This document shows positions 1-8,838 of a stretch of DNA of 32,000 nt, piece after piece. Below the pieces are notes generated by a model, which did not search any database, had not been told where the DNA came from, and was given only the letters and a program-made list of their open reading frames with translations. The number at the start of each line of letters is the position of its first letter. Position 1 is the stretch's first letter. The DNA is from Opitutales bacterium (GTDB taxonomy: Bacteria; Verrucomicrobiota; Verrucomicrobiia; Opitutales; UBA9783), in contig JBKSMP010000024.1 of the NCBI GenBank assembly GCA_046881885.1, positions 96,744 through 128,743 of the forward strand. Reading direction: 5' to 3'. The translations under genes and the position numbers were made by a program.

Positions 1-106
1 GGGCATATCCCTCCAAAAGATGCTTACGAAACTCAACCAAAGAATTTCCATTTGGAGCCGTTAATCCAACACCCGTAATCACAATGCGCTCAGACAAATT
101 CAACAT
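1..106 (-). CDS. Beta-ketoacyl-ACP synthase (KAS I/II, FabF-like), N-terminal fragment running off the window start
   Basis: A reverse-strand ATG at 106-104 opens a frame that leaves the window. The 35 visible codons read MLNLSERIVITGVGLTAPNGNSLVEFRKHLLEGYA. This is the typical condensing-enzyme N-terminus (R-[IV]-V-[IV]-T-G-x-G-x-x-[ST]-P-x-G-N). It is absent from the ORF track because it is truncated. Confidence 0.5.
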   Translation of the reverse strand, partial: MLNLSERIVITGVGLTAPNGNSLVEFRKHLLEGYA

Positions 107-155
107 AAAAAAATTCCGTCACTTTAAAAGTAACACATTTTAAAACTTTTTGAAG

Positions 156-2807
156 CTAAAAAACACACTTTTTAAGTAATTCTTCCAAACTTTGCTTTTT
201 TTGCTGATTTTCTTGCAGTAATTTCCGCACACCATCAATAACGGGAGCCGGTGCACTTGCCATAAAACGCTCATTCTTTAACTTCTGTTCGGCAGAAGCA
301 ATATGCTGCTTAAGACGCTCCAATTCCGCAAGCCACTGTTGTTTTTCCTCTTGAGAAAGCTCTTTTTGCTCTAAAATAAGCGCAAACGTTCCCCAATGCG
401 TAACCACTTTTGCGGCATGTTCCGGCTGTTCCTGAACCTTTTCTAGGTTTCGTAGCCCGACTAAGCGCATGATAAGCTCGTGATGGTGCTCAAAAGCCTC
501 TTCATACGTCTTTTGCAAAAGGACACTCATTTCCACATTCTTGTTGGCACTTAAGCCGTTTTCAGCCTTCAATCCGCGCAATTCTCCTACCAAAGTCCGC
601 AAACGTTCAACTTCCTCAAGCGCTACTTCGGAATAACGAGCAATCAAGTCATGCACTCTTGATTTAAAGGCTTCCACATCCCAACCAGCTTGCTGAATCC
701 AACCTTCACCTAATTGTAACTGCCCCCATAATTCTTCAGTAATATAAGGAGCATACGGCGATAACATAACCAAGATTTGCCGCAAAAACAAGTCCTGTAT
801 TGTTAAACACTGCGACTCTTGATGCTTTTGCACTTCCAAATACCAATCACAAAATACACTTTTAAAGCATTGCTGAAGGAGTTTAATGGCCGCATTAAAT
901 TCGTATTTCTCCAAAAAGTTTTGGAAACTCTCCATCGTTTCGCACAAATGCTTCAACAAATGGCAATCATATAACGACAACGATTTTCCTTCCAAAGCCT
1001 TCCAATAATCCTCTAAAGACGCGTAAACTATCGTCTCGCCTTGCATCTTCCGAAAACGACACGCATTCCACAATTTCGTGCAAAAATTCCGTCCTTGCGT
1101 TAAAAACCGTTCGTCAAAACGGATATCTTGCCCTTGAGGCGCGATCGAAAGAAGACCCAAACGGACACCATCTGCCCCATAATCTTTAATTAAATCGAGC
1201 GGATCGGGCGAATTACCTAAACTTTTCGACATTTTACGTCCCTGAGCATCACGCACAATTCCGGTCAGATAAACATTTTTAAACGGTACACGTTCCTCCA
1301 GAGGCCGATCTTCCAGAAACTCCAAGGACGCAATAATCATGCGTGTAATCCAGAAAAACAGAATATCTGGACCCGAAACAAGTGTATTACTCGGGAAAAA
1401 GCGATTAAAAAATGCTTTATTTTCGGCATTCTCATCACGCCCATTCAAGGTACCAATAGGCCACAACCATGACGAAAACCAGGTATCCAAAACGTCCGAA
1501 TCTTGTTCCCAATTTTCAGGATCTTGAGGGCCATCCACAGAAACATGAATCGAACCATTCGTCTTATGATACCAAACCGGAATACGATGTCCCCACCATA
1601 ACTGCCGACTGATACACCAATCCTGAATGTTGTCGAGCCAATGCAAATAGGTTTTAATCCAACGCTGCGGCCAGAACTTAACCAAAGCTTGCTCGGCAAC
1701 TTTTTTCGCCTCCTCTACTTTAGGATAACGCACAAACCATTGCTCGGACAAACGTGGCTCAATCGGTACATCGGCGCGCTCTGAGTAACCAACGGCATGA
1801 TCGTAAGGTTTTACAGAAACGAGTAAATTCTTCTCTTTTAAAGCTTCTATAACGGCTTCACGGGCTTTAAAGCGATCGAGACCTGCAAACGGCGCCCCTA
1901 AGTCATTCACAAATCCGCGTGCATCCAGCACCTCAATAAAAGGTAATTGGTGGCGTTGGCCAACGGCAAAATCGATAGGATCATGCGCTGGAGTAATTTT
2001 CAAGGCACCTGTTCCAAAATCCTGCTCAACAACACTATCGCCAATAATCGGAATCTGTCGATCCGCAAACGGACACTGAGCATGCAAACCGATTAAATCT
2101 TTGTAACGTGGATCTTCTGGATGAACCGCAAGCGCAACATCTCCCATAATAGTTTCCGGACGAGTGGTTGCTATTTCCAAAAACTGGCCTGGCTTTTCAA
2201 CAATTGGATAACGAAAAGTGTATAAAAAAGCCGGTGTTTGCTTCATAATAACTTCTTCGTCACTGAGAGCCGTTTGCGAAACCGGACACCAATTTACCAA
2301 ACGTTTACCTTTATAAATATAGCCGCGCTCATATAGATCAACAAAAGCTTGCAAAACACCACGTGAATACTCTGGATCCAGCGTATACGTAGCATGCGAC
2401 CAATCACAAGAAACACCTAAACGCTTCAATTGATCAAAAATAATCGTACCATGCTCCTCCCGCCAAGCTTGTACGCGCTGAATAAACGCTTCACGGCCCA
2501 TTTCTTGGCGTCTGAGCCCTTCTTTCTTCAAAACCTTCTCAACCTTACTTTGGGTTGCAATACCTGCATGATCCGTTCCGGGAACCCAAAGCACATCCTT
2601 ACCCTGAATCCGTGCCCAACGACACAAAACATCTTGTATGGAATTATTCAGCGTATGGCCCATGTGGAGAATACCTGTAACATTCGGCGGCGGCATAAAG
2701 ACCGTAAACGTTTGCCGACCATCATCTTTAACCTCAAAACAACGTGCTTCTTGCCAACAAGCATTCCACTTTTTCTCAATCTCTTCCGGACGATACGTCT
2801 TTTCCAT
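156..2807 (-). CDS. valS: Valyl-tRNA synthetase
   Basis: The ORF carries the class I HIGH region (PPPNVTGILHMGH), a KMSKS motif and a C-terminal coiled coil. The N-terminus MEKTYRPEEIEKKW mirrors the canonical ValRS start (E. coli MEKTYNPQDIE, from memory). I therefore place the start at ATG 2807, which has AAGGGT 9 nt upstream, rather than at the TTG at 2831 used by the ORF track. The stop is TAG at 156-158. Confidence 0.96.
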   Translation of the reverse strand: MEKTYRPEEIEKKWNACWQEARCFEVKDDGRQTFTVFMPPPNVTGILHMGHTLNNSIQDVLCRWARIQGKDVLWVPGTDHAGIATQSKVEKVLKKEGLRRQEMGREAFIQRVQAWREEHGTIIFDQLKRLGVSCDWSHATYTLDPEYSRGVLQAFVDLYERGYIYKGKRLVNWCPVSQTALSDEEVIMKQTPAFLYTFRYPIVEKPGQFLEIATTRPETIMGDVALAVHPEDPRYKDLIGLHAQCPFADRQIPIIGDSVVEQDFGTGALKITPAHDPIDFAVGQRHQLPFIEVLDARGFVNDLGAPFAGLDRFKAREAVIEALKEKNLLVSVKPYDHAVGYSERADVPIEPRLSEQWFVRYPKVEEAKKVAEQALVKFWPQRWIKTYLHWLDNIQDWCISRQLWWGHRIPVWYHKTNGSIHVSVDGPQDPENWEQDSDVLDTWFSSWLWPIGTLNGRDENAENKAFFNRFFPSNTLVSGPDILFFWITRMIIASLEFLEDRPLEERVPFKNVYLTGIVRDAQGRKMSKSLGNSPDPLDLIKDYGADGVRLGLLSIAPQGQDIRFDERFLTQGRNFCTKLWNACRFRKMQGETIVYASLEDYWKALEGKSLSLYDCHLLKHLCETMESFQNFLEKYEFNAAIKLLQQCFKSVFCDWYLEVQKHQESQCLTIQDLFLRQILVMLSPYAPYITEELWGQLQLGEGWIQQAGWDVEAFKSRVHDLIARYSEVALEEVERLRTLVGELRGLKAENGLSANKNVEMSVLLQKTYEEAFEHHHELIMRLVGLRNLEKVQEQPEHAAKVVTHWGTFALILEQKELSQEEKQQWLAELERLKQHIASAEQKLKNERFMASAPAPVIDGVRKLLQENQQKKQSLEELLKKCVF

Positions 2808-2954
2808 CAACACCATACCCTTATTATTCAAAACACACCGCCCCTATTCCGTCCAGTTTTTTTTATAAATTTTGAAAACAAGAAAAAGAATTTCTATCCC
2901 TAATCCCACTCCAAACAACTTGACTTACACTTACAAAAAGAATAGAATTTGCCA

Positions 2955-4766
2955 ATGGATTTATCTTTGGCACATTTGAAAAAAGTTTTGAAATTCGGTT
3001 TGTTTACGCTATTTTTTAGTATAAATCTTTCAGTAAAAGCCTACGTTCCCGCACAACTTGAAGGGAAATATGCAATAAAAGAGAATGATACACTATGGGG
3101 TACAGATTGGTTTTCTAGCTTCCCAAATAGAAATTTAACCTGCACCCCTAGTGCTATGGTAGACGAAGCAGGAGTTTTATGGACTGCATCTTTTGAATAT
3201 ATGCAAGATCATAAAGGACTTGGTTACGAACTTGACTGCCATGAAAGGGTAAATGGAACAATCACTTCACAAGAACATCGTTTCTATCCATGGACACTCA
3301 TTCCAAACGTCACACCAAATTGCGGAAGTGATCCCAACCTTAATACCGGAATCCCAGAGGATTCAAACTTTTTCCAGAAATACATACACAATATCCTACA
3401 ACCTTGCATCGCACAAGATATTGAAAATGCTTCTCATGTTTGCATGTTCATTTACTGTCCACCGACACGTTATATGAATGCTACATGCAACAATCCCAAT
3501 GCTGAGGGGGGAAGTGTTGAAGGCTTAATGTATTTTGATTTTTATAAAGATTTCATCAAAGGTACTTATGCAACAAATCTCACTCACGAAACAAATTTTT
3601 ACTACCATACCGACAATCGCATTTATGCTTTTAATCAGCAAAACTTACGAAAAAGCTCTGATATGACTCACGTAAATCTAGAAACTGGGAATTACACTGC
3701 TTGGCATTATCGTGGATTGGTCCATTTAAATTTTATTGCCACCAATGAAAGTGATGGCACCTGTCATGCTGTGTATCATCAATATAACAGTCGGTGGTCA
3801 GATAGAAACTCCATCACAACAAGAACGACACATGCAACTCATACTACAATAAAAACTTATCCTCGTTATATAAAATTTGGTGATCATGTGTATGGAATGA
3901 TTGCCGATTCATGCTTTAATGGCATTTATATCACAAAACAAGGAATAGAAGATTCCGACTATACAACCATACAAAACTGGGCCTATCCATTTAACAATAT
4001 AACACATTATAGTATTTGGGCAGTAGCACACAACTACGACTTTTGTATCGCAAAAGCAAAAGATGGAACAGGTGTTGTTTGCGTATTAGGATTACGTCCT
4101 ACTTGCGCTTCATCTGCAGATAAAACTGAATTATCCGCCGCTTATAATAAAGCATGGAATAATACTTATACAAATTGGAACTCCAGTAATATTTCTGACC
4201 CCATTTGCCTTATGCTATCTTCTTGTAGAATGGATAAAACACCAAGTGATAAAACCGGAACATTTTCCGTAAACAAATACCCCGAACTATGCTATGAATC
4301 ACCGCAAAACATTATTTATTGCACTGGAAAAACTTCTTTTTCTCAAGCTTGCGATCTTTATTGTTCTTGTCGTACAGATGATTATGAGTATCACGATACA
4401 CAGCTTTACAAAAATACACATAAATGCTGTGTTTATACAGCTCCAAGCGGCAATCAATACATCATCTATGCTTATTGCTATCCCGGAAAAACAAAAAAAT
4501 GCTATTTAGGTTATGCACAGTGTATCGTGGATTCCAATTATAAAGTACAACTTCTTACAAAAACAGAATTTTCAAAAGAAATTTACAACGAAAAAGGAGA
4601 GAGGACAGACATAGAAAGTATAGGAGAGATGAATACTTGCGAATATATCGTTTCACTCGACTGTAAAGGCCCTGCAGGCAACGAAAATGTATGGCTAACT
4701 TGGCGTTATGGGGATTCCCATTACTATCTTTTCCATATCGCCGCCAAAGACCTTGTTGGAGAATAG
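2955..4766 (+). CDS. Hypothetical secreted cysteine-rich protein (603 aa from ATG 2955)
   Basis: This is a long uninterrupted ORF. It has a signal-peptide-like N-terminus (MDLSLAHLKKVLKFGLFTLFFSINLSVKA/YVP) and 26 Cys. I recognise no family motif. The ORF-track start at 2949 is TTG; the first ATG is at 2955. Confidence 0.8.
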   Translation: MDLSLAHLKKVLKFGLFTLFFSINLSVKAYVPAQLEGKYAIKENDTLWGTDWFSSFPNRNLTCTPSAMVDEAGVLWTASFEYMQDHKGLGYELDCHERVNGTITSQEHRFYPWTLIPNVTPNCGSDPNLNTGIPEDSNFFQKYIHNILQPCIAQDIENASHVCMFIYCPPTRYMNATCNNPNAEGGSVEGLMYFDFYKDFIKGTYATNLTHETNFYYHTDNRIYAFNQQNLRKSSDMTHVNLETGNYTAWHYRGLVHLNFIATNESDGTCHAVYHQYNSRWSDRNSITTRTTHATHTTIKTYPRYIKFGDHVYGMIADSCFNGIYITKQGIEDSDYTTIQNWAYPFNNITHYSIWAVAHNYDFCIAKAKDGTGVVCVLGLRPTCASSADKTELSAAYNKAWNNTYTNWNSSNISDPICLMLSSCRMDKTPSDKTGTFSVNKYPELCYESPQNIIYCTGKTSFSQACDLYCSCRTDDYEYHDTQLYKNTHKCCVYTAPSGNQYIIYAYCYPGKTKKCYLGYAQCIVDSNYKVQLLTKTEFSKEIYNEKGERTDIESIGEMNTCEYIVSLDCKGPAGNENVWLTWRYGDSHYYLFHIAAKDLVGE

Positions 4767-4862
4767 CCATAAACAGCTTTAGCAAAACAAACCACAAATA
4801 ATTAAAGTTTGCGCTTGCAAAGAAGGCCTGATGTCTTTTTTATAGCATTATATTTATTAAAC

Positions 4863-5048
4863 ATGAGCGAAAACAAAGAGAAGATTTCGGTTTTAAATTT
4901 AACATGGCGTGATACGGATCAATTGAAGAATTTTACCACAGAAACAGGTAAAATCCTACCACGTAAAATTACTCGTTTGTCCGCAAAAGAACAACGCCAT
5001 ATAACGCAAGTCATAAAGCAATCACGCAATTTCTTATTGATGCCGTAA
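4863..5048 (+). CDS. rpsR: 30S ribosomal protein S18
   Basis: The product MSENKEKISVLNLTWRDTDQLKNFTTETGKILPRKITRLSAKEQRHITQVIKQSRNFLLMP aligns with the S18 core (E. coli ...[49 protein letters not shown]). ATG 4863 is chosen over the upstream TTG at 4809. Confidence 0.9.
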   Translation: MSENKEKISVLNLTWRDTDQLKNFTTETGKILPRKITRLSAKEQRHITQVIKQSRNFLLMP

Positions 5049-5058
5049 ACGCTTTTGT

Positions 5059-6045
5059 ATGAAAGCAATTGTTGGGCATTCAGCACAGGAAGCTGTTCGT
5101 TGGCTGCAATTGGGAGAACCTGTAGCCTTGCCCACTGAAACGGTTTATGGTTTAGCGGCTCCATTGTTCGAAGTAGCCACCATACAAAAGATTTACAAAT
5201 TAAAACGGCGGCCAACCGAAAATCCGCTTATTGTACACATTTTGAATACACAACAGCTAGAAGAAATTGCGTTTGTGCCTTCTAGCGCGCTTGCTTTAGC
5301 AGAAAATTATTGGCCTGGACCTTTAACATTAGTCTTAAAGAAAAAAGATTGTGTGCCGTCCATAGTTACAGGCGGCCTTTCTTCAGTAGCTGTTCGAGCC
5401 CCACAAGCTCCCCTTTTTAGGGAAGTCATTTCTTTACTACAAGAACCGCTTGTCGCTCCCAGCGCCAACACCTTTCAACATCTCAGTCCAACAACAGCAC
5501 AACACGTTTTACAAGATTTAGGCAATGAACTTTCCTACATCCTTGACGGAGGCCCTTGTAACTTTGGCGTCGAATCAACCATACTATCGCTTCTTGATGA
5601 AGAAAAACCAACTTTGTTGCGCCACGGCCCTATTTCCAAAGAAACACTAGAAGCTTTTCTAAAAAAACCCATTGTCGATGGCATTTCTACGAAAATCCAT
5701 CTATCCCCTGGCCTATATAAAAAACATTATAGTCCACAAAAGCCGCTTTATTGGGTCCAACAACTCGAAGGCTTCACACCATCAGAAGCTTACAAAAAAT
5801 GTTTTCATGAAAATGCTGCCCATGTTTTTTTGTATCCACCCAAGCATACGTTAGCGCCTCATGAATACGTTCTAAGCCCTAATCAAACCCTAGAAGAAGT
5901 CGCTACGCACCTTTTCGAATGCCTGCAAAAACTAGATCAAGAACATTGGACATCTATCTGGATCGAAAAAGCTCCTAATTATGGCATCGGAAAAGCTATT
6001 AACGATCGTCTATCGCGAGCAGCCCATATCGATTTAACAGCTTAA
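5059..6045 (+). CDS. tsaC: Threonylcarbamoyl-AMP synthase, Sua5 type (YrdC domain plus Sua5 C-terminal domain)
   Basis: The YrdC/Sua5 motifs are present: PTETVYGLAA, KRRPTENPLIVHI, WPGPLTLVL, VAVRAP and APSAN. At 328 aa the length fits the two-domain Sua5 form. The gene starts 10 nt after the rpsR stop. Confidence 0.9.
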   Translation: MKAIVGHSAQEAVRWLQLGEPVALPTETVYGLAAPLFEVATIQKIYKLKRRPTENPLIVHILNTQQLEEIAFVPSSALALAENYWPGPLTLVLKKKDCVPSIVTGGLSSVAVRAPQAPLFREVISLLQEPLVAPSANTFQHLSPTTAQHVLQDLGNELSYILDGGPCNFGVESTILSLLDEEKPTLLRHGPISKETLEAFLKKPIVDGISTKIHLSPGLYKKHYSPQKPLYWVQQLEGFTPSEAYKKCFHENAAHVFLYPPKHTLAPHEYVLSPNQTLEEVATHLFECLQKLDQEHWTSIWIEKAPNYGIGKAINDRLSRAAHIDLTA

Positions 6046-6052
6046 AAAAACC

Positions 6053-6439
6053 TCAAAGACAATAACGAATCTCCTTAATAACAGGAGTCGGCAAAATTTG
6101 ATTAAGGGTGTTTTGAATAAGTTCCCGCTCAAACTGTAATTTCTGCTGAACAATCGCATTAGGCACTTTTAGCCACAAACACCCTCTTTGCGTTAAACGT
6201 TCCGGATTACACTGAGCTGCAGTTGTCCCTGCAAACCAACTCGACCAATGCTCGTCTAAAAACTGCAAATAATCCACACGCTTTTGATCACGCAACAACC
6301 GATTAAGCGCATTCCCCAAAACATTATCTAAAGCAACAGGGGCCTCATTAGGCCTATCAATGGCATCCTTAGGAAGCCCCCTAAAGGTAGCAATAAGGCG
6401 AATATCGCTTGGGCGAAAAGTAAATTCTTTACGCGACAC
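6053..6439 (-). CDS. DUF721 / DciA-like protein
   Basis: The 128-aa product has the DUF721 pattern: LDNVLGNALNRLL..., W..W.G...A..C.P..L..G.L.L.V.....QQKL.F....I...LN. The start is GTG at 6439-6437, which lies inside the last codons of the upstream gene (11-nt overlap). Confidence 0.6.
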   Translation of the reverse strand: MSRKEFTFRPSDIRLIATFRGLPKDAIDRPNEAPVALDNVLGNALNRLLRDQKRVDYLQFLDEHWSSWFAGTTAAQCNPERLTQRGCLWLKVPNAIVQQKLQFERELIQNTLNQILPTPVIKEIRYCL

Positions 6440-7766
6440 GTTCTACGATAAAATCTAAGTAATTAGGCCGTTTAGGAGCTAATCGATAGGCTGAACGCAA
6501 GTATTCCAATGCCGTATCCAACCGAGAATGATCATTGTAATGAATCATCATCAACGCATCACCTTGTTTGACTTGCGAACCTACTTTTTTGAGCTGCGTA
6601 ATTCCAACCGAGGTATCGATTTCATCTGAATCTTTCGGCTGCATTAAAATATCCACACCTTTAGCCAACATACCTGAATTAATCGCATGAATATAACCAC
6701 GTTTAGGCGCAGCCAACTTGCGAACGTATTTTGCTTTTGGAAACTTTTCCGGATTGTCGATATAAGAAGTATCGCCACCTTGAGCCTTAACCATTTCTTT
6801 GAATTTAGCGAGAGCAGATCCATCACTTAAATGACGTAAAATCGTTTGCTTTGCAGATAAAGTTGATCCGGAAACACCCGCCAAACGAACCATTTCCATA
6901 CCTAACTTCAAAATAAGTTCTTTCAAGTCTTCTGGTCCACGTCCTTGTAATAACTCTATAGCTTCTTGAATTTCCAAACCAGTACCAATAGAACCTCCTA
7001 AAGGCTGATTCATGTCGGTCACCAAAGCCACACAACGACGTTGCAAGGAACGAGCAACACGAGTAATAACACGGGCCAATTGCTTAGCCTGCTCGAGATC
7101 CTTCAAGAAAGAACCATTTCCCCATTTTACATCAACAACCAAATTTTCGGAACCAACCGCCAACCGCTTACTTAAAATACTGCTGGTAATAAGCGGAATA
7201 CTTGCTACGGTAGACGTTTCTTGACGCATTTCATTCAAGGTTTGATCAACAGGAGCAATTTGTTTAGGTTGTGAACAGAAGCAACAACCAATTTTTTCTA
7301 GCTGTTGGGCACAAGCTTTAACGGATAATTCAGTCTTAAACCCTGGGATTGCTTGCAATTTCCTCAAGTTGCCAAATATAAAATTCTCATCTTCACCAAT
7401 CACCGAAGGCACAATAACCCCACAAGCGGCCACAAGGGGTGTTAGAACTAAGTTACTTTTGTCACCTACTCCCCCCGTTGCATATAAAGAAATTTTTGGT
7501 TTTCCAAGGTCTGTTAAATCAACAACTTCACCTGAAAGCATCATTTCTTCGGTTAAAACAGCTGTTTCTTGGGCCGACAAACCACGGAAAAAAATTGCCA
7601 TAATAAGCGCGGCCAATTGATGGCTAGGAATTTTTTCAGACAAAATGGATTCAACAACATAACGAACCTCATTATCTGAAAACTCTTCACATGCGCATTT
7701 CTTTTCAATTAAATACGCAAAAGAAGGTTGCATAATTTTACTTGTAGCTGCTTTTTTTTCGACCAT
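6429..7766 (-). CDS. Thymidine/pyrimidine-nucleoside phosphorylase family protein, divergent (phosphate-binding signature not conserved)
   Basis: The protein is colinear with DeoA/Pdp. Shared regions are the N-terminal helical domain (..QLAALIMAIFFRGLS..E), TGGVGDK, ...IPGF, the nucleoside-site block STVASIPLITSSILSKRLA...VVDVKWGNGSF, and the PYNP C-terminal domain (GDALMMIHYND). The SGRGLGHTGGTLDK-type signature is replaced by VIGEDENFIFGNLRK. An alternative start is the Met at 7733 (MQPSFAYLIEKK). Confidence 0.85.
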   Translation of the reverse strand: MVEKKAATSKIMQPSFAYLIEKKCACEEFSDNEVRYVVESILSEKIPSHQLAALIMAIFFRGLSAQETAVLTEEMMLSGEVVDLTDLGKPKISLYATGGVGDKSNLVLTPLVAACGVIVPSVIGEDENFIFGNLRKLQAIPGFKTELSVKACAQQLEKIGCCFCSQPKQIAPVDQTLNEMRQETSTVASIPLITSSILSKRLAVGSENLVVDVKWGNGSFLKDLEQAKQLARVITRVARSLQRRCVALVTDMNQPLGGSIGTGLEIQEAIELLQGRGPEDLKELILKLGMEMVRLAGVSGSTLSAKQTILRHLSDGSALAKFKEMVKAQGGDTSYIDNPEKFPKAKYVRKLAAPKRGYIHAINSGMLAKGVDILMQPKDSDEIDTSVGITQLKKVGSQVKQGDALMMIHYNDHSRLDTALEYLRSAYRLAPKRPNYLDFIVERVA

Positions 7767-7873
7767 GGACTTAAAAGGTTAATCTTAAAAAAATAAAACC
7801 TGCACAAAGTACTTTATTTATTTTTTTAATCAAGACTATAATTGACATTTTTTTACAAAAATGTCCAGCTTTT

Positions 7874-8752
7874 TTAAAAAACAAACAATAGTATACCAAT
7901 AAAAATGCGATAATAACCGAAAATACTTAGGCCATTTTTCTCTAAATATTTAAAAAAAGAATAAATCGTAGATGTCCCTATTAGAAAAGCTACCAATATA
8001 CCTAAAAAGCAAGTACTGCCGTCCATAAGCATAAAAATTTCGCTGCCATTTTTTAAAAATTTATAGCCTGTTGCAACTAAAGAAGTTAATAAACCCAACA
8101 AAAAACTAAAGCGAATCGCTTGTATTAGGCCAAGGCCTACACAAACACCCCCCATTATTGTTGCTAAAGAACGGCTAAAACCTGGCCACAAAGCAACCAT
8201 TTGAAACAAACCGATCGTTAAAGCCATAGTCCATGACATTGCGTATAAATCTTTAAACTGTTGATTATTGCGACGTCTGAAATACTCCATCACTAATAAA
8301 ACAATTCCACCAACAATAAGCGCATTGGCCACACAAGTACGATTATAAAACCTCTGAATGTAATCATCCAAGAAAAATCCTGCTAAACCAGCAGGTATAA
8401 AGGCCAATCCGACATTCCATCCCAGTTTAAAGCCAATTTTATCCTTACCCAACACCCCACGAATAATACGCAAAACATCTTTTCGAAAAAACAAAAGGAG
8501 CGTTAAAATCGTACCTAATTGGATACAAACCATGTAATTATTTAAGGCGCTTTGCCTCTGTTCCGAAGTCTCCGTGGACCTAAAACAGCGTTCATTCACC
8601 AAAATCATATGCCCTGTTGAAGATACCGGCAAAAACTCTGTCAAGCCTTGCACAACCCCTAAAGCCAATGCTTGCTGCGTGGAAATTTTTTCAGAATCTG
8701 CCTGAAGCTTCCAAGGCATAATCGTAAGAATCAAAGCAATCAATATGCGCAT
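7874..8752 (-). CDS. uppP: Undecaprenyl-diphosphate phosphatase
   Basis: This is a polytopic membrane protein with the BacA/UppP signature GVVQGLTEFLPVSSTGHMIL. ATG 8752 is preferred to the TTG at 8761. Confidence 0.9.
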   Translation of the reverse strand: MRILIALILTIMPWKLQADSEKISTQQALALGVVQGLTEFLPVSSTGHMILVNERCFRSTETSEQRQSALNNYMVCIQLGTILTLLLFFRKDVLRIIRGVLGKDKIGFKLGWNVGLAFIPAGLAGFFLDDYIQRFYNRTCVANALIVGGIVLLVMEYFRRRNNQQFKDLYAMSWTMALTIGLFQMVALWPGFSRSLATIMGGVCVGLGLIQAIRFSFLLGLLTSLVATGYKFLKNGSEIFMLMDGSTCFLGILVAFLIGTSTIYSFFKYLEKNGLSIFGYYRIFIGILLFVF

Positions 8753-8838
8753 ATACAACAAAACTAATTTTTATTTAAAAGCCTACAAGCTTAAAAACTT
8801 TCAAACTTGAACGACTCTTACAAAAACATTTACCTACC

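Noticed and set aside
1339-2903. Several 60-157-aa ORFs (1339-1527+, 1445-1699-, 2430-2903+, 2638-2868+) lie inside or antisense to valS.
   Set aside because: They lie wholly within the well-supported valS frame, have low-complexity or odd composition, and carry no motifs. They are typical shadow ORFs.
3755-3770. A sigma-54-like TGGCAC-N5-aTGCT match.
   Set aside because: It lies in the middle of the 603-aa CDS with no downstream start, and the -12 element is imperfect. It is most likely a chance match.
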